Shown here piece by piece: positions 25,601 to 39,700 of a stretch of 64,000 bases of DNA. Position 1 is the stretch's first letter. Every line of letters begins with the position of its first letter. The notes under the pieces are model-generated. The model was not told where the DNA came from. It saw only the letters and a list, made by a program, of their open reading frames with translations, and did not search any database. The DNA is from Dipteris shenzhenensis (lineage: Eukaryota): the NCBI GenBank assembly GCA_047967505.1, contig CM106538.1, one strand, 5' to 3'. The position numbers and the translations under genes are program-made.

Positions 25601-28014
25601 GCATTTGAGTTTCTCTGATTTTGAATTTTGTGAGCACTATCTCTATGGAAAGCAGACTAAATCAGCCCATAAAAGAAGGGGAAAGAAAGAGTTTGAAAAG
25701 CTTGATTTGATGCATTCAGACATATGTGGTCCCATGGCTACACAGTCATTAGGCGGGGCTGAATACTATGTGACATTCATTGATGATGCAACTAGGAAAG
25801 TGTGGGCTTATGCTATAGCTTGGAAGAGTGATGTGTTCCAGGTATTTCAGAAATGGCTGGCCTTGGTTGAGAATCAGTCAGGTAGAACGCTTAAATGCCT
25901 ACGGACTGACAATGGTGGAGAGTATCTCTCTCATGACTTTCAGCATTTCTGTGATACACGTGGGATTAAGAGGGAGCTCACATCCCCTCGTACTCCAGAG
26001 CAAAATCCAGTTGCAGAAAAGATGAACCGTACCATTCAAGAAAGGTTGCAATGAATGCTTTCCAATGCAAGTCTTTCTGGTGGTTTTTGGGCTGAGGCAA
26101 TGAAGATTGCAGTGCATGTGATCAATAGATCACCTAGTAAGAGTTTGGATGGTGGTATTCCTAAAGAGGCATGGAGTGGCAAGAAGCCCTCTTACTCTCA
26201 TTTGCGTATATTTGGGTGTGAGGCATATGCACATGTGCCAAAAGAGCTTCGAAAGAAGCTAGATCCTAAGTCTAGGAAATGCATCTTTTTGGGTTATGGT
26301 GAAAGTGGAGAGATGGGCTATCGTCTCTAGGATCCAGAAGCAAAGAAGATCATATGCAGCCATGATGTAGTCTTCAATGAGAAAAAGATGCATAAGGCAC
26401 CCATGAGGGACGTGGAAATGAGGAGAATCACTTTCCAGGATGTGAATCCACCTGCATATGTTGATAGATAGCAAGCTGTCCATGCACCAAATGTGCAAGA
26501 AATGGTACCACCAAGTACTCCCACAGGTATACAATCAAGGGTAGATGATGGATCATCTATTGGTGGAAATGATGAGCCAAATGTGGCTGATATGCAGGTG
26601 GGATAGCAAGCTGAAATGCCCTTGAGAAGATCTTCTAGAGTGTCTAGACCGCCTGATAAGTTTGTTCCAGGGGTAGACTATGTGATGCTTACTGATTGCG
26701 GGGAGCCTTCTTGCTACAAAGAGGCTATGATGCGCGAGGATCAACGCAAGTGGGTCTACAAAATGAAGGTCACAGGTGATGATGTGCCTAGGTACAAGGC
26801 CCATTTGGTTGCTAAAGGGTTCAAGCAAGAGAAGGGTGTGGACTTTGATGAGATATTCTCTCCGTTTGTGAGGATGACCACACTTAGATGCATGCTTGGA
26901 CTAGTGGTAGTAGAGGATATGGAGCTTATGCAGATGTATGTCAAGATAGCTTTCTTGCATGGGGATTTGCATGAGGAAATTTCCATGGTGCAACCGGAAG
27001 GCTTTGAAGAAAAGGGCAAAGAGCATTTAGTTTGCGAGCTGAAGAAGAGTCTCTATGGTCTTAAGCAAGCGCCTAGAGAATGGTATCACAAGTTTGATGC
27101 TTTCATTCGGTCCCAGGGTTTTAGAAGGAGTGAAATTGATCACTGCCTCTACACTAAAAGGGCTAAGGATAATAGCCTGATAATCCTAGCACTATATGTG
27201 GATGATATGCTATTGGCTAGCAAGAATACTTATGAGCTAGATGCATTAAAGGCCAAGTTGCATAAGGCCTTTGATATGAATGATTTGGGACTTGCAGGTC
27301 ATATTCTTGGTATGCGCATCACGCGTGATCAGAGTAGGAAACTCCTTTGGCTTTCACAGAAGGAGTATGTTACAAAAGTATTGCAGTGTTTCAATATGGA
27401 GGGGGGGAAGGCAGTGAGTACTCCATTGCCTCCATATGTGAAACTGAGTCATATAGATAGGTCCCAAATCAGATGAGGAGAGGGCCATGATGGCCAAGGT
27501 TCCTTATGCATCAGCAGTTGGGAGTCTTATGTATGCTATGATAGCTACTAGACCAGACATTGCATTTGCAGTGGGAGTTGTTAGCCGATATATGGCTAAT
27601 CCAGGAAAGAGGCATTGGGAGGCAGTTAAGTGCATCATGAGGTACATGAAGGGTACCAAGGAGATGTGCATCTGCTTTGGTAAAGGAGACATGCGTGTAC
27701 TTGGGTACATAGATTCAGACTATGCAGGGCATGTGGATAGTAGGAGATCCACTTCTGGTTGTGTTCACCTTTGTAGGTGGTGTAGTGTCGTGGATGTCTC
27801 GCGCACAGAAGTGCGTTGCTTTGTCTACCACAGAGGCTGAGTATGTTGCAACCACAGAGGGTTGCAAGGAGGCTATATGGCTTGATCGGCTAGTGGGAGA
27901 TTTGGGGATTCATACAGGTGTACCGACATTGCATAGTGATTCCATGAGTGCTATTCAGCTAGCATGGAATCCAGTCTTTCATGCAAAGACCAAACACATT
28001 GAGGTCAGGTACCA
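22694..28014 (+). mobile_element. Truncated Tnt1/Tork-like Copia element (U5 remnant, PBS, ~1.4-kb leader, degenerate gag-pol)
   Basis: LTR tail ending CA at 22762, PBS TGGTATCAGAGC 22765-22776; coding breaks off after TKHIEVRY; no 3' LTR seen. Confidence 0.88.
24190..28014 (+). pseudogene. gag-pol: Tnt1-like gag-pol pseudogene
   Basis: KKFDGTNFSLWK; NKVYLMKRLFELQM; CYHCGKKGHMKKDC; LDSGASFHVT; HSDICGP..FIDD..RTDNGGEY; LYVDDML; PYASAVGSLMYAM..TRPDIAFAVG; many stops and frameshifts. Confidence 0.92.
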
Positions 28015-28345
28015 ATATATTATGTTTGTGTCAAAAGGCTAGATATGAAAGAAAAAAAAAGGCCAAATATGGTCAATGAGACCATACAAGTTGATACATC
28101 AATCAAGCACTCTAAACATTAGTTACAAACCAAAAGTCCACGTGGCATTACCCATATAGGTTGGTACATTACTCAAGCACTGTAAACGTTAGTTACAGAC
28201 CAAAAGTACATATCTAATGAGAAACAATACATGTGGCATTACCCATACAATGGTTTGTTGTGAGGTGTGAGACTTGGTGTGGTGCTAGTCCCATGTACCT
28301 AAAGCATCAGCAACAATGAAGGCAACAAATGCTAGACAACTACAT

Positions 28346-28504
28346 GAGGAATGCTACAATCAAAGCATAGTCAAAACGAGCAATGGGAATCTAGCCCAAA
28401 TGTCCTCATGGGGTAATGTATGTGAGGAATGCTACAATCAATGCATAGTCAAAACGAACAATGGGAATCTAGCCCAAATGCCCTCATGGGGTGATGTATG
28501 TGAG
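28346..28504. repeat. 78-bp tandem duplication
   Basis: gaggaatgctacaatca...atgtatgt occurs twice. Confidence 0.85.
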
Positions 28505-29149
28505 TAGCACATGGTGCCTCCTTGATTGACCTAGAGTTGCAACATGTGCAGGTGTAGCCAATGGCTAATCTTCTATCTAACTATATTGTATCATTGCATG
28601 TTCTGTCTTTTACTATGGATGGTGGTGACCAGCTATTGTTTGAATGAGGTATTAGCTCTAGGAGAGGGATGCATGTGATCCCCAAAGTCCCCACTAAGGT
28701 GCCTTGTAGAAATGATGAGGTTAGTGGAGAAATTTTGTGAGTAGTGGAGAAATTTGATCTGGGGTTTTGCTACCATGTGGGAAGTCTCATAAGCATTGGA
28801 AGGGTGGGTAGAGCTTATGAGACTAGTAGAAGAAAGCTAGTGTGGTGCCCTTCTCCCATGTGTGAAGTCTTACAGACACCTTTAGACAAAAGCCTCAATG
28901 ACCCATGGATCTATCAATGGTTCCATCAAGAGAATATCTTCTCCTCAATGATTGAACCATCTCCTCAAAACCATCATTTAACTAGCTTGTGGCAAGTGCT
29001 CGCTACCCCTGGGATGAATGGGAGGCCATTGTGTCATAGTAGCTGGGTGACTTTGGCTAGGTACTATGTCATTCACTCTATGCCAAGGAGCTCCAGGGCT
29101 ATAGGACCCATGTCTAGGAGCAAGATGAAGTCAAGATTGAATTCTTTGA

Positions 29150-29930
29150 CTCTTACAAAGCTCGTGAGGAATCACTTTTGGATGTTTTCAATTTCATTTT
29201 ACCCATAGGTAGAGAGATTCTCCCCTCAATTCCTTACAAAATCATTGGCGTGATTGAAGCATTAAGGAGGTGTTTCTTGATCTTCCAAGATAGTCATCAA
29301 ATGTCAACTTGCCTAATTTATTCTCAAAAGTCTAGTAGCTTCTCCCATGTACCTCAAGATGCATGTCGGAATAGGTGGTCCATGTACGATCATCTAGCAC
29401 CTCAATACCCAAACACCTCGATACACAAGTGGTTCATTCATGATCAATTAGTGCCTTGATGCCCTAGGTAGTATTAGTAGATATACTCAATGGGTATCTT
29501 TGAGACTTTTGATCAACATAACTTTTGTTTTTCCCATGTTGACTTGTAGTCTACTAACTTGGAAAAATGTCCGGAAGTCCATCAATCATTAGGCATCCTT
29601 TATGTGTTTCGGTAGTAACAAATAGAGGATTTGAGTGCATATACTATGAGACTTGGATGCCCTCTTGATTCACGTGTGAGGATAATTTTCCTGAGATAGT
29701 CCACGCATAAGCTAAACAATGTGGGGAGAGGGGGAAGCCTTGCCTTGAATCCAATGTCACTAAAGAAGGGTTTTAAAAGCTGCCCTTCATGTGGAGCTAG
29801 CATTTTAGTTTCTCAAATAGATTTTCAACAACATTCATGTTTTTTAGGGGGACTCTAATGTCTTGCATTCCTTGCTAGAGTTGTTTCTTAGATAGTTTGT
29901 CAAACCATGGGTTAGTTTGAAAACTAAAAG
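29150..29930 (-). mobile_element. Highly degenerate non-LTR (LINE, RTE-like) reverse transcriptase remnant
   Basis: Minus-strand peptides FDKLSKKQL..RVP; PLPTLFSLCVDYL (cf. QGCPLSPTLF); RLQVNMGKTKVM (cf. LxVNxxKTKVM). Confidence 0.55.
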
Positions 29931-30174
29931 GTCATGGTAATGAGCACAATGGATTACCCCCCCTCCCTCCCTCCTCCCACTCCCATCCCCCATGTCCAAC
30001 ACACACACATGCCAAAGACTACAAATCAACCTTGAATCAACTTGAAAACTGAAAGGATTTGGTGATGAGCATAATGGATCAGCCACTTTACCCAACACAC
30101 ATGCATGCACACACACACGCGCACACACACACACACGCACACACACACACACGCAAATGCATGCATACATGCAC

Positions 30175-32500
30175 ACTTTGTTTTAGCCTGCTGATGAAGT
30201 TATCATTGTTTCCTACTGCCACATTCAGATCATCTACATACAAAGTTGCAATAGTAATGTCTTCCCCTTGAATTTTATAGTGGAGAGTATGACCTGTATT
30301 GGACTTAATGTATCCCAGATTAGCAAAATACATGGACATAAATTCTGCTATACCAACTTCTAGGTGCTTGCTTTAAGTCATAGAGACTTTTCTTAAGATG
30401 GCAAACCTGATGCTCTTTCCCTAGTTCAACATACCCTCCTGGTTGTTGCATCTATACTTCCTCATCTAGGTAACCATTGGGAAAATCATGTTTGACATCT
30501 AGCTAGTACACATTCTAGTTGTTGAGTGTCACTAGTGATATAAAAAATCTTATGGAATCCATCTTTGCTACTGGAGCATAAGTCTCATCATAATCTTGAC
30601 CATATTGATGTGCAAATCTTTTTGCAACTAGTCTAGATTTATATCTTTCAATGCTTCCATCTAGATTGTACTTTACTTTGTAAACCCATTTGGTTTCAAT
30701 GGCCTTCTTTCCTAGTAGCATAATTCCCATTTGTTCAGCATAATTCCCATTTGTTCATTCATAGAGCAGTTTGCCATTTTGGCTTGTCAACTGCATCTTG
30801 GAAGTACATTGGCTATTCTATAGCCATGATGGTAGACAGAAGAGCATAATTGGTAGTTTCAATCTGAATTGCTTTGCCTTTTTGAGCATATGTCAATCTT
30901 GCTAGGGACCTACTTTCTCTAGTAGACCTTCTGAGTTGTTCTTCTGGAAGGTTCTCTAGTCTTTTTGCTTGTTTGGTTCTCTACCATGGCTTTGAATTCT
31001 TGAAATTTAAAAAAGACTTCAAATTTCTCTTTTAGAAAGTAGACCCAACAATATCTATTGTAGTCATCAATGAAAGTCAAATAGTAAAGTGAACCATTGA
31101 TGCTGCGGGTCTGTGCATAACCCCATACATCCGTATGAATTAAATCAAGAATATATCTTGCTTGAGGTTCTTCTACCAAAATTGGTTCTCTTTTGTTTAC
31201 CAAAGCAATATGCTTCGCAAACTTTCCAAGAAACCGTAGCTTAGGAATTCCAATTACCATATTGTGATTTCTTAGCTGCATTGAAGCTTTTGAAATTGAC
31301 ATGTCCATATCTCTTGTGCCATAATGTAGAAAGGGGCATTCTTTGTTGCTATTGAGGTGACATGGCATGCAAATCTGGTACTAAAGCTATCATTCTAAAC
31401 AAGTGTCCTTCCTTGACCGCTTTTCCTACTAGCTGATATCCTCTGGATTTATCTTTGATGTGCAATCACCTGCATCAAAGATGACTCAATAGTTGTGTTC
31501 TATCATTTGCCCAACTAACAAGAGGTTCTTTCTGAGCTTGGAACATAGAGTACATCTTTCACCAATCCTTTTGTAACAGTATAATTGTTCATAGGGACAA
31601 TACCTTTCCCTTCAACTAGATTTGGTGTGTTATCTGCACTGTAGATAACATTCTTTTGTCCCTCTAATGGTTTCATCTTTGTGAACCAATCTTGATGCTT
31701 TGTCATATGCAATGATGCACCACTATTGATGTACCAAGGATCTTGATCTAATTGATCGACTTGATAGCTACACTTCCCTTTTGATTCACAATCTAGGCAC
31801 TGTGTCAGTCTTTTACATATCCTCACTTGCAAGATACATATTTTTGAGTTTCATTAGCATAATGACAGTGGCTTGAATGTCCACCATGGTGATTTCCTCT
31901 TCCATAAAAAATCCTTCTATTGTTTGCTACTAGATTGACCTTCTCAGCCATACTGTTTCTTGTAGCAATGTCTTTCATAGTGTCCAAACTTATGATAGTA
32001 GTTGCAGAATGTTTGACACGGTGGTGGATTTATTCCCTCTTTCTTGAAATCTCTCTTCATTGGAATGATTTCTCCTCGGATTAATGCCAATGTTGTTGCA
32101 GATGCTGATTTTGATGCTGATGACCACTTCTCTGACATACTCTACCTTTGCTTGGGCATTTGACTTTACCTCTATTTGAGAGTGTGAATGCTTGATCATT
32201 AGAATGGCCTAAATCTTTCCCTATTAACACGGATTGTAGTTCTTCTAATGTTATAATTTTCGTTTGAATCGCAATACTCTACTACTGCATGTTGATAATC
32301 CTTGATCCTGAGTACGTAAGCATGACCAGCTTCATTACTGTTGCAAAAACTATAGTTGATCTAGTTTCTCAATGTGAGAATCATGGATGTATTCTTAAAC
32401 TCATAAAAAGCTACGAACAAATCCCATGCTTCTTTGGATGTTTTCACTGTGTTGAGCTGTCCGAGCATGACATCTTGCACATTTTGTTTTTTCTTTCTTA
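30175..32500 (-). mobile_element. Degenerate internal Copia remnant (gag to RT), no LTRs seen
   Basis: CNYYHKFGHYERHC; WYINSGASLHMT; LIHTDVWG..YYLTFIDDY; KWVYKVKYNLDGSIERYKSRLVAK; LYVDD; truncated next to a (CA)n tract. Confidence 0.85.
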
Positions 32501-32631
32501 TCCCATTTTGCCTATGCTTTGGCAATGGCAGGGTCTACTACAGGTGTAGACACCGTTGATGCAGGCGTAAACCCTTTGGCTTGTGTTGCAGCAATGTTGG
32601 GAGTTGCTACTGGTGCACTAGATGGTCAAGG

Positions 32632-32745
32632 TCTCTCTCTCTCTGGCTTGTTGTCGACGGAAGTGCCTCCCTTTTATCCTATCTTCCCTCCTCCCCCTCT
32701 CTCTCTCTCTCTCTCTACCAGTGCCACCCCTCCCTCCCTCCCCCG

Positions 32746-32798
<53 letters not shown>

Positions 32799-32849
32799 GC
32801 CATGGAACCGGCTCATGTTCTGTTCTCTCTCCCCTCCCCCTCTCCTATG

Positions 32850-32898
<49 letters not shown>

Positions 32899-33032
32899 GT
32901 TCACTCTCGCTACCATGGAACCGGCTCATGTTTCGTTCTCTCTCCCCTTCCCCTCTCTCGTGCACTCTCTCTCTCTCTCTCTCTCTCTCACTACAATGAG
33001 CAACGGCCCCCCCTTGCCTTCTCACTCTCTCT

Positions 33033-33070
<38 letters not shown>

Positions 33071-33112
33071 TACATACATACATATATGTATATATCATGT
33101 CTCTCCCTCTCT
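32632..33112. repeat. (CT)n / (CA)n / (CATA)n microsatellite cluster with a short duplicated spacer (ccatggaaccggctcatgtt)
   Basis: Direct reading. Confidence 0.9.
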
Positions 33113-34119
33113 CTGGAGCGCCCCCTCTCGCTTTCGCTTTCCTCCAAAGGTCCCTATCTTTGGCCTTCATCCCTTACCAATATTGGAGGGAAAAAGCTTT
33201 GACCCATACGAGAGCTCTTTAGGTCACGGAGTGAGACGTCGATTTGTTGAGAGGGCCCAAAGGTTTTAGTTTCAAATGCTTCAAAGGGAGAAAAAGAGTG
33301 AAGAGACTTCATTTCATTAATATCAATAGTTTGAAAGATTTTTATATTTTGAAAGAGTTTCTCATAGGTTTTATTGTAAGTTCATGAATCCTACACAACA
33401 TTGGTAGTGAGTACAATAAGAATGGAGTTAGATCTTCTCTATAAGCACTTTCTTGCAACACATATGGCTTAGTACAGATCTACACTATGAGAGTTTAGAT
33501 ATGGAGAGAGCTAAAAAACATGGAGCTTAGCTTAAAGAGGGTTGTCAACATGTAAAACCATAAAACCGTAGTCTAGGGTGAGTCAAAGCTAATTGTACTA
33601 CTAACTCAACCACTAATTGTATGAAGATGAGAACATGTTGTCACATAGCAAGGAGGCTTTATCCCACCTGTGAGCAAGCAATGCAAGTATGTACACCAAT
33701 CCTATAAAAGGGAGGACATTTTTATGCAATAATGTATGCAAGATGATATCATGTCTCTTTATGGGTAAAGTCTCAATCTTGTAACATAATTAAACTTAAG
33801 TTTGTGCTTATTCAGTATAGCTCTTGATCATGTTTGCGCTTAGGATTCATCCACCATACACAACTTGTATTGAGACATCATTCTTAAGGAGAGTTTGACA
33901 CCTTTCTTCCATGAACTAATTTATCACTTTTGAGTATGGGTGTGACCATGTCTTCACACACACACACACACACACACAAAGTACTAAAGTCCTCTTTAGA
34001 CCCTTCAAGATCTATGGGACTTGTTACCACTATTAAACTGGATAGTGGTCAATTCCACCCAATGAAATAAGTCTCAACAAAGCTTCTATGTTGTGAATAT
34101 TTGCTAGGTTAGTCTATGT

Positions 34120-35620
34120 GCTAACCGAAGGACTTGATGTGGTGCTTTAAGACTTCTATTAGGTAATTTCCAACCTTTTGGGTTGGCTGTCCCAATAGAA
34201 TTTTTAGGCTACCCCTGTTGCCACTATAATTTTCTCTGCTGTGCATGAATGATACCTTTGACTGCCTCTTCTTACTCGTTGTGTGCAAAGATTCCATAAG
34301 AATCCTCTTCACTGGCAAGAAAGATTGTTCACATTCTAGAGTCCACACATAAGCCAAATCTTGCTGTAGAGCTTGGTCAAATGTAGCAACACATTCACAT
34401 CAATGTTGACAGTCTTGGATAGCACTTTACATAATCCAAAAACACTCTCAACTCTACCGCTGTAGCAAGAGAATGAATATTGCAAAGGGTTTCCAAATCC
34501 AACTTCTAGTTTGTCACCTTTTGTGAGGATTTTGGTGGTAAAGATGCCTTATCAGCATTCAACCTAGTCTCACTCATGGAAATGACTTCTTTCCAACCTT
34601 CTGAGGCCAATGGGCTAGGCTTAAACAAATGTATGTGGCTTCCACATGAGCTACGTCCACAGCTACACCCCAATGAAGCTTTAGGTGACTTAGGAGGACA
34701 AAGCCTACGTACCAAATCCAAGATCGTTTCAAAAGAAGAATTAGGCAATTCACCATTACCTTGCCGTGAGCTTGGCGTTACTACATCCTCTTCTTCATCC
34801 CATTCAATAGAAATCACATGAGAGTGAACATTTGAAAAAGCACCAAACCAGTCGAGAATGTACTGGGAGTCCTCACCCTTGCTGCAATCAACACACAAAA
34901 CTCCTTGATCCAGTCCATCTTTTTTACTTGTGGATTACTTCTGAGGTCTAACTGAAGCTTCATCTATAATCTGCTACCTTTCTCTTCTCTGGTGAACCTT
35001 CTCGTGATCTTCAAAGTGGTAGTCTTCTTGCAATTAGATGACAAGACATCGATTACCGTCTTGGTTACTCATAGGCTCAGCTTCCTCTATAGTGAAATGA
35101 GTGGAATCATTAGGTGTACCACACTCCAGAATACTGATGGGAATGATTGTCAGACCCCCAAAAGTCAACTTAGCTGTAGGTGTCCCATCTGAAATGGTAA
35201 CCCTCTTAAATGTAGGTACATCTAGTGACACTAAGATGGCTCTTGGGGTCTGTTTTGGAATTTCCCTCCATAATTCTTTGCTTGAGCAACCACTCCCACT
35301 AACAGGTGAGAAGGAGATGCCATCTCTACCTCAATGAAGTTTACATATTTGGAGGTAGATGCCTCATTAGATCCCAAATTGTGGATAGGTGGCATCATTC
35401 TCCTAGGATAATCGTCACTAACAAGCCCTTGCTCCTTACAGACTGCTCACATAGGAACATAATCCATAGACTTTCGAGGATTGGGACAATTTGTGGCAAT
35501 GTGTTTTGGCTCCTTGGCAATGACGCCAAAAAACTATGTACATGGCTAGGGTTAGCTAACCTAACCACAGGGCGAGGAAGTCTCTCTCACTGATGCAAGC
35601 AGTCACACATAAGCACACCG
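34120..35620 (-). mobile_element. Old Ty3/Gypsy-like remnant (zinc knuckle; RT-RNase H connection)
   Basis: KEPKHIATNCPN (~35480-35515); YVWTLECEQSFLPVKRIL (cf. FxWxxxCxxSFxxLK) at 34300-34357; heavily decayed. Confidence 0.45.
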
Positions 35621-38081
35621 AGTTGTTGTCATTGCAGCATAAATTCCTGCTATCATACACACTCTACTATTCACCATGCCATAAGGTTGCCAGGTGCAAC
35701 ACACCAAGGTGAGTCCAAAGCTGAAAGGATCCTATTGGTGGAGTCTATATGCCAAGGTTGGTATGTTGTAATGATGCTTATTCAATTTCCATGCATGGAA
35801 TGTATGCAAGCCATGGTTCCTTTCCAATTACACATCCAAAGTCAAAGCAAATACCAACACATGAATTCCCAGATGCGAGATGAAATGTGAGTGGTCTCCC
35901 GCAGCTCATTTAGTGATATTCAGTGTCCATTCCATGCCCAAATTGTACCCATGCATGCATCATAGACTAATCCAATTAACACCTTTTCCATTCCCAATCC
36001 ATACATCCCATTATGATCTTATTCATTCAATGGACCCAACATCATCAAAACACTTGATAAAACCTAGTTTCAGTCTCAGCATACTTCGACAAGCACCAAA
36101 ATACCATTCCCTATGGCGAAATCTGCATACAAGGCCAAAAATCACAATTTTTACCACCCATTTCCAAAGCAAGTACCCCACATTGATGTCTGAAACCTAT
36201 TCTGATCCATGAAAAATAACAAGACTCTCTTTTCAGTGCACTGAAAACCGAGGTGCCAAACTCATTGAAAAGTCAAACCATAATTTTTCGCACACATGGC
36301 TCATTTTCCAAAGCAAGTCACTCATCATCATTTTGTAATGCATATATCAGAGGAGACAGTCACAGAGAACAACGAAAAATAACAGTTGTTTGTTTGTTTT
36401 CAAACCATCTCAATCGAACATCATTTACGAGAAGGAAGGAGTGCCGAGCATGTTGATGAGGCAAGAAGATGAGTCAAGCATGTTGAAGCACCTCAAAGAA
36501 AAGTTAACATACAAACTAATTAATGGAGACCCTGAGGAATAATAACAAGCAAGTAAATAGACGTGATGGAATAATCGTTATAGGAGTATTGAAATACGCC
36601 GCAATCATCAGAGTCTGATTCACCACAATGCCCTCCTTGCGTTGTGGAAAAAAACGGGAAGGGGAAGAACTCAACATGGTAAGAGACACCATGTGGGAAA
36701 AAATGTGGCCACCAAAGGACGGGGCTGAAGCAATCCATACATGCAAAATGTTCGATGCACATGCGTAATGATGAAAATGCATGCAGGTGTGAAGAGGTGG
36801 TATGAAGAGATGCCATGCGAGAAAAAAGGTGGCCACCAAAGGATGGGGTAGGCATAATTTTTGAGCATTAAGTTTTGGAAAAAAAGCCAATATCTTTGTG
36901 TATTGGTTCAGTATAGTAGCCAAGTTCCGCCTTGGTCACACATGACATGATATCCTTCAAGATGAAGCGGTCATGAAGTCATCATAGGATTCATCATACC
37001 AATAGATTTAGTCAAGTGATCAATATATAAACATGTGATAGGAGTTAACTTATACACATAGTTGCAAATCAAGATCTCCATGTATCATATTCTGACCGTC
37101 CATAGATTTTTTCACAGCAAAGGCTTTAGACTACAAGGTACATGTTCATGATCTCAAGAGCAATGGATTCAGTACTGGTCACATGGATATTGTATTATGA
37201 TGGATAAATGAAGTTTAGATGGTCTCCTCAATCCTTAAAACTATAAGAACTGAAAAAGGGAAGTTGTTGTTGAAGGCTCACACAAAGCAGAACCAGAAAT
37301 GTGTTCCTACCTACCAAGCTTTGCCAAAATCTGTAAACACAAAAATCAAAAGTTTTATAGTTTTCCAAATTGAATATTAATGTGTCAATCTCCTTTCTAG
37401 CGACAAACACACAACTTTGCACTTATCATTACAAATTTCTTGCCTTCTTATGATGCTTAATGTCTGCAGAGCTGTTTTGTCCATATAACGAATATGTTGG
37501 AAACTATGGCTGCTAGAAAGGCAATTGTCAAGTTAGAAAGCCTGGATTTCAGGGAAAAACACTTGGATCCAAACAAAACAGGAATGATCAGACTAAAATA
37601 GACATAGAATGAAAGAGAATTGCAGAGGGTTCAGAATTTAGAGATCACCTGTTCTAGCCTGTAATAGTGCACACATTCAATGCTGATTTTGCAATAGCAA
37701 ACAACCAATGGCAACAAAACCAATAAGAAACATCGTTTCCAAGCGCCCCAACTTTGATACCATGGTGTTCATACTGTGCATCAGATTTGACACATCCTTG
37801 TACATTGTTCCTACAACAATATCCACCATTAGATAACAGTTATTGCATATCACAAAATAATCTTAACACATGAATAATACTATCACAGAAAAAGAACTTA
37901 CTCTCATTAAAAAAATATGCTAGTGCTCTAGCTTGCACCAATGCATACAACAACTTGAATATTTGGGGGTGCGATTGAATGATTATTGTTGCCACTTGGA
38001 AGCTTTCCTTTTCCATCCTCAAGATGGCAGCAAATCCAATTATCTGAATTCAACATAGTAAAATTAGATATGTTCATGTAC

Positions 38082-38957
38082 CTACAAAGAGAGAGACCAA
38101 TCCATCAAAAAACTGCTACAACTGATAGAGAAAGGTTCGTATATCTAGCACGTCAGTAGATTTAGCTCGTAGAAGTGCATAGTGCGCATCCCGCTCGAGT
38201 TGTGCCAGCTTCTTGACGATGCTTCCCCCCTAGAAGCAACCTCTACCATATAAAGTGCATTTCTCTTTATCTTTGCATTCGGCGTAATTTTCTCATCCAC
38301 GGGAATGTGTGGTGGTCTGCAGGAAGAGGATGGAGATGCTGGTTCATCAACACCAATAACTCGTACTTCAGATTTGATTCCCTGTTAGTCAAACAAAGAC
38401 AAGGAAAAGAAATTCAGAGGAGAAAGTAGCTACTGGTCTAAAACGATCTGCAAATCAACTTGGACTTTTGATTTCATTTCCTATTTCTACAAACAAAAGA
38501 CAATGAAAAGAAATTTAAAGAAATGAAGAGTGGCAAGGCAAACACACATGAAGACTAGATGAGAAATTGATTACTGGTCTTAAGCGATCTGCAAATCCAG
38601 CCAGATATACGTCAATCTCCATGCTGTCCCCCATCTCGCACTTCTCAGGATTGTTGATAACATTTGTCAATCTTCTTCGCTCCCCATCTGTCAACTTTCC
38701 TTGCGATTCTTTCAGAAGTAAAATCTCCAACTCTGTCCTTGCACGATTGTTCTTCTTGGAGTTGGAGAGCAACAATCTCAGAGCTGGGTGCAAGGCTGCA
38801 TAAACGAGCTTCACTTCCTCTCCATTAGCTTCTCTGCTTGGCCTAGATGGTGCTTCTGGCATCATCACCTTGAGCCGGTGCATAAGCTCAAGGCATATAT
38901 CGCAAGCTATACCTTCCTGGTAGTCTGGTGGCCGATGATCTTTCAATTGTTCCATAT
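38082..38957 (-). pseudogene. Spliced host-like gene or pseudogene with ENT (EMSY N-terminal)-like motifs
   Basis: Exon A 38957-38575 (acceptor ttttacgcag, donor cca|gtaatc) and exon C 38380-38082 (acceptor ctaacag, donor tag|gtacat); LAQLERDAHYALLRA resembles ENT LxxLExxAYxxxLRA but needs a frameshift at a G run; exon A LTDGERRRL resembles ISDEEHR. Confidence 0.45.
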
Positions 38958-39109
38958 CTGCGTAAAAAGAATGAAGCTTGCTATCACAAAAGACCAACAA
39001 CACACAAAAACAAGCTTTACCAGGAGAACACACTTAATCCAGGAAAAGTAAGACTTGCATGCAGGATGTCTCCAGAGAACATCAAATGGACCATAAGCTC
39101 TTTAACGCC

Positions 39110-39700
39110 CTACTGAACGTGGGACTGAGAAGGACCAACAGACCGGCATATGATCTGACACTCCCGTGCATCTTACATAGCTACCTCTCATTGGGGGTTT
39201 CAACCACCAACCTTCATGAGAGCAATAGAATCTGTTGATTCTAGCCACTCTGAACATCTCCCCTTTTCTTTTTATATTCCACGAAAATCCAGCTAGGCCC
39301 TCCCGATCAAATTCAATGAAGTAAATTAACCCCCAGTCCATACACAGACTTTCCCATGCATCTTTCTCTCTTCCCAAGAGACCCGAACAAGAATGAGATC
39401 TGTCAGTCTCCTTAGTTACCATATTCCACTCTCCCCCTACCACCCAGTAGGCATCAAACAGGGAATTTCTTTAGAGATCCCAACATTCAGCACAAGAATT
39501 AGCACCATTTGGAGCATAGATACTAACCACATGAAAACGGAAACCACTGATTGAGACCTTAGCAGCCACAAACCATTCCAAATCATTCCGAAAAACCTCT
39601 TGCACGCCTAGACATGCCTTAGCCAGAATAGCAGTCCCTCCACGCCCTCTATCTGGAGAGTTATCAGTTACCATGTACCCAATCTTCCCAAAAGTATACC
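39110..39700 (-). mobile_element. LINE apurinic-endonuclease (APE) fragment
   Basis: GRGGTAIL, VVSIYAPN, VVGGEWNMV (GDWN), RINRFY (RIDR), GVSDHMPV (SDH). Confidence 0.8.

Noticed and set aside
32519-33222. 200+ aa ORFs rich in LSLSLS/HTHT
   Set aside because: Produced by (CT)n and (CA)n tracts that lack stop codons
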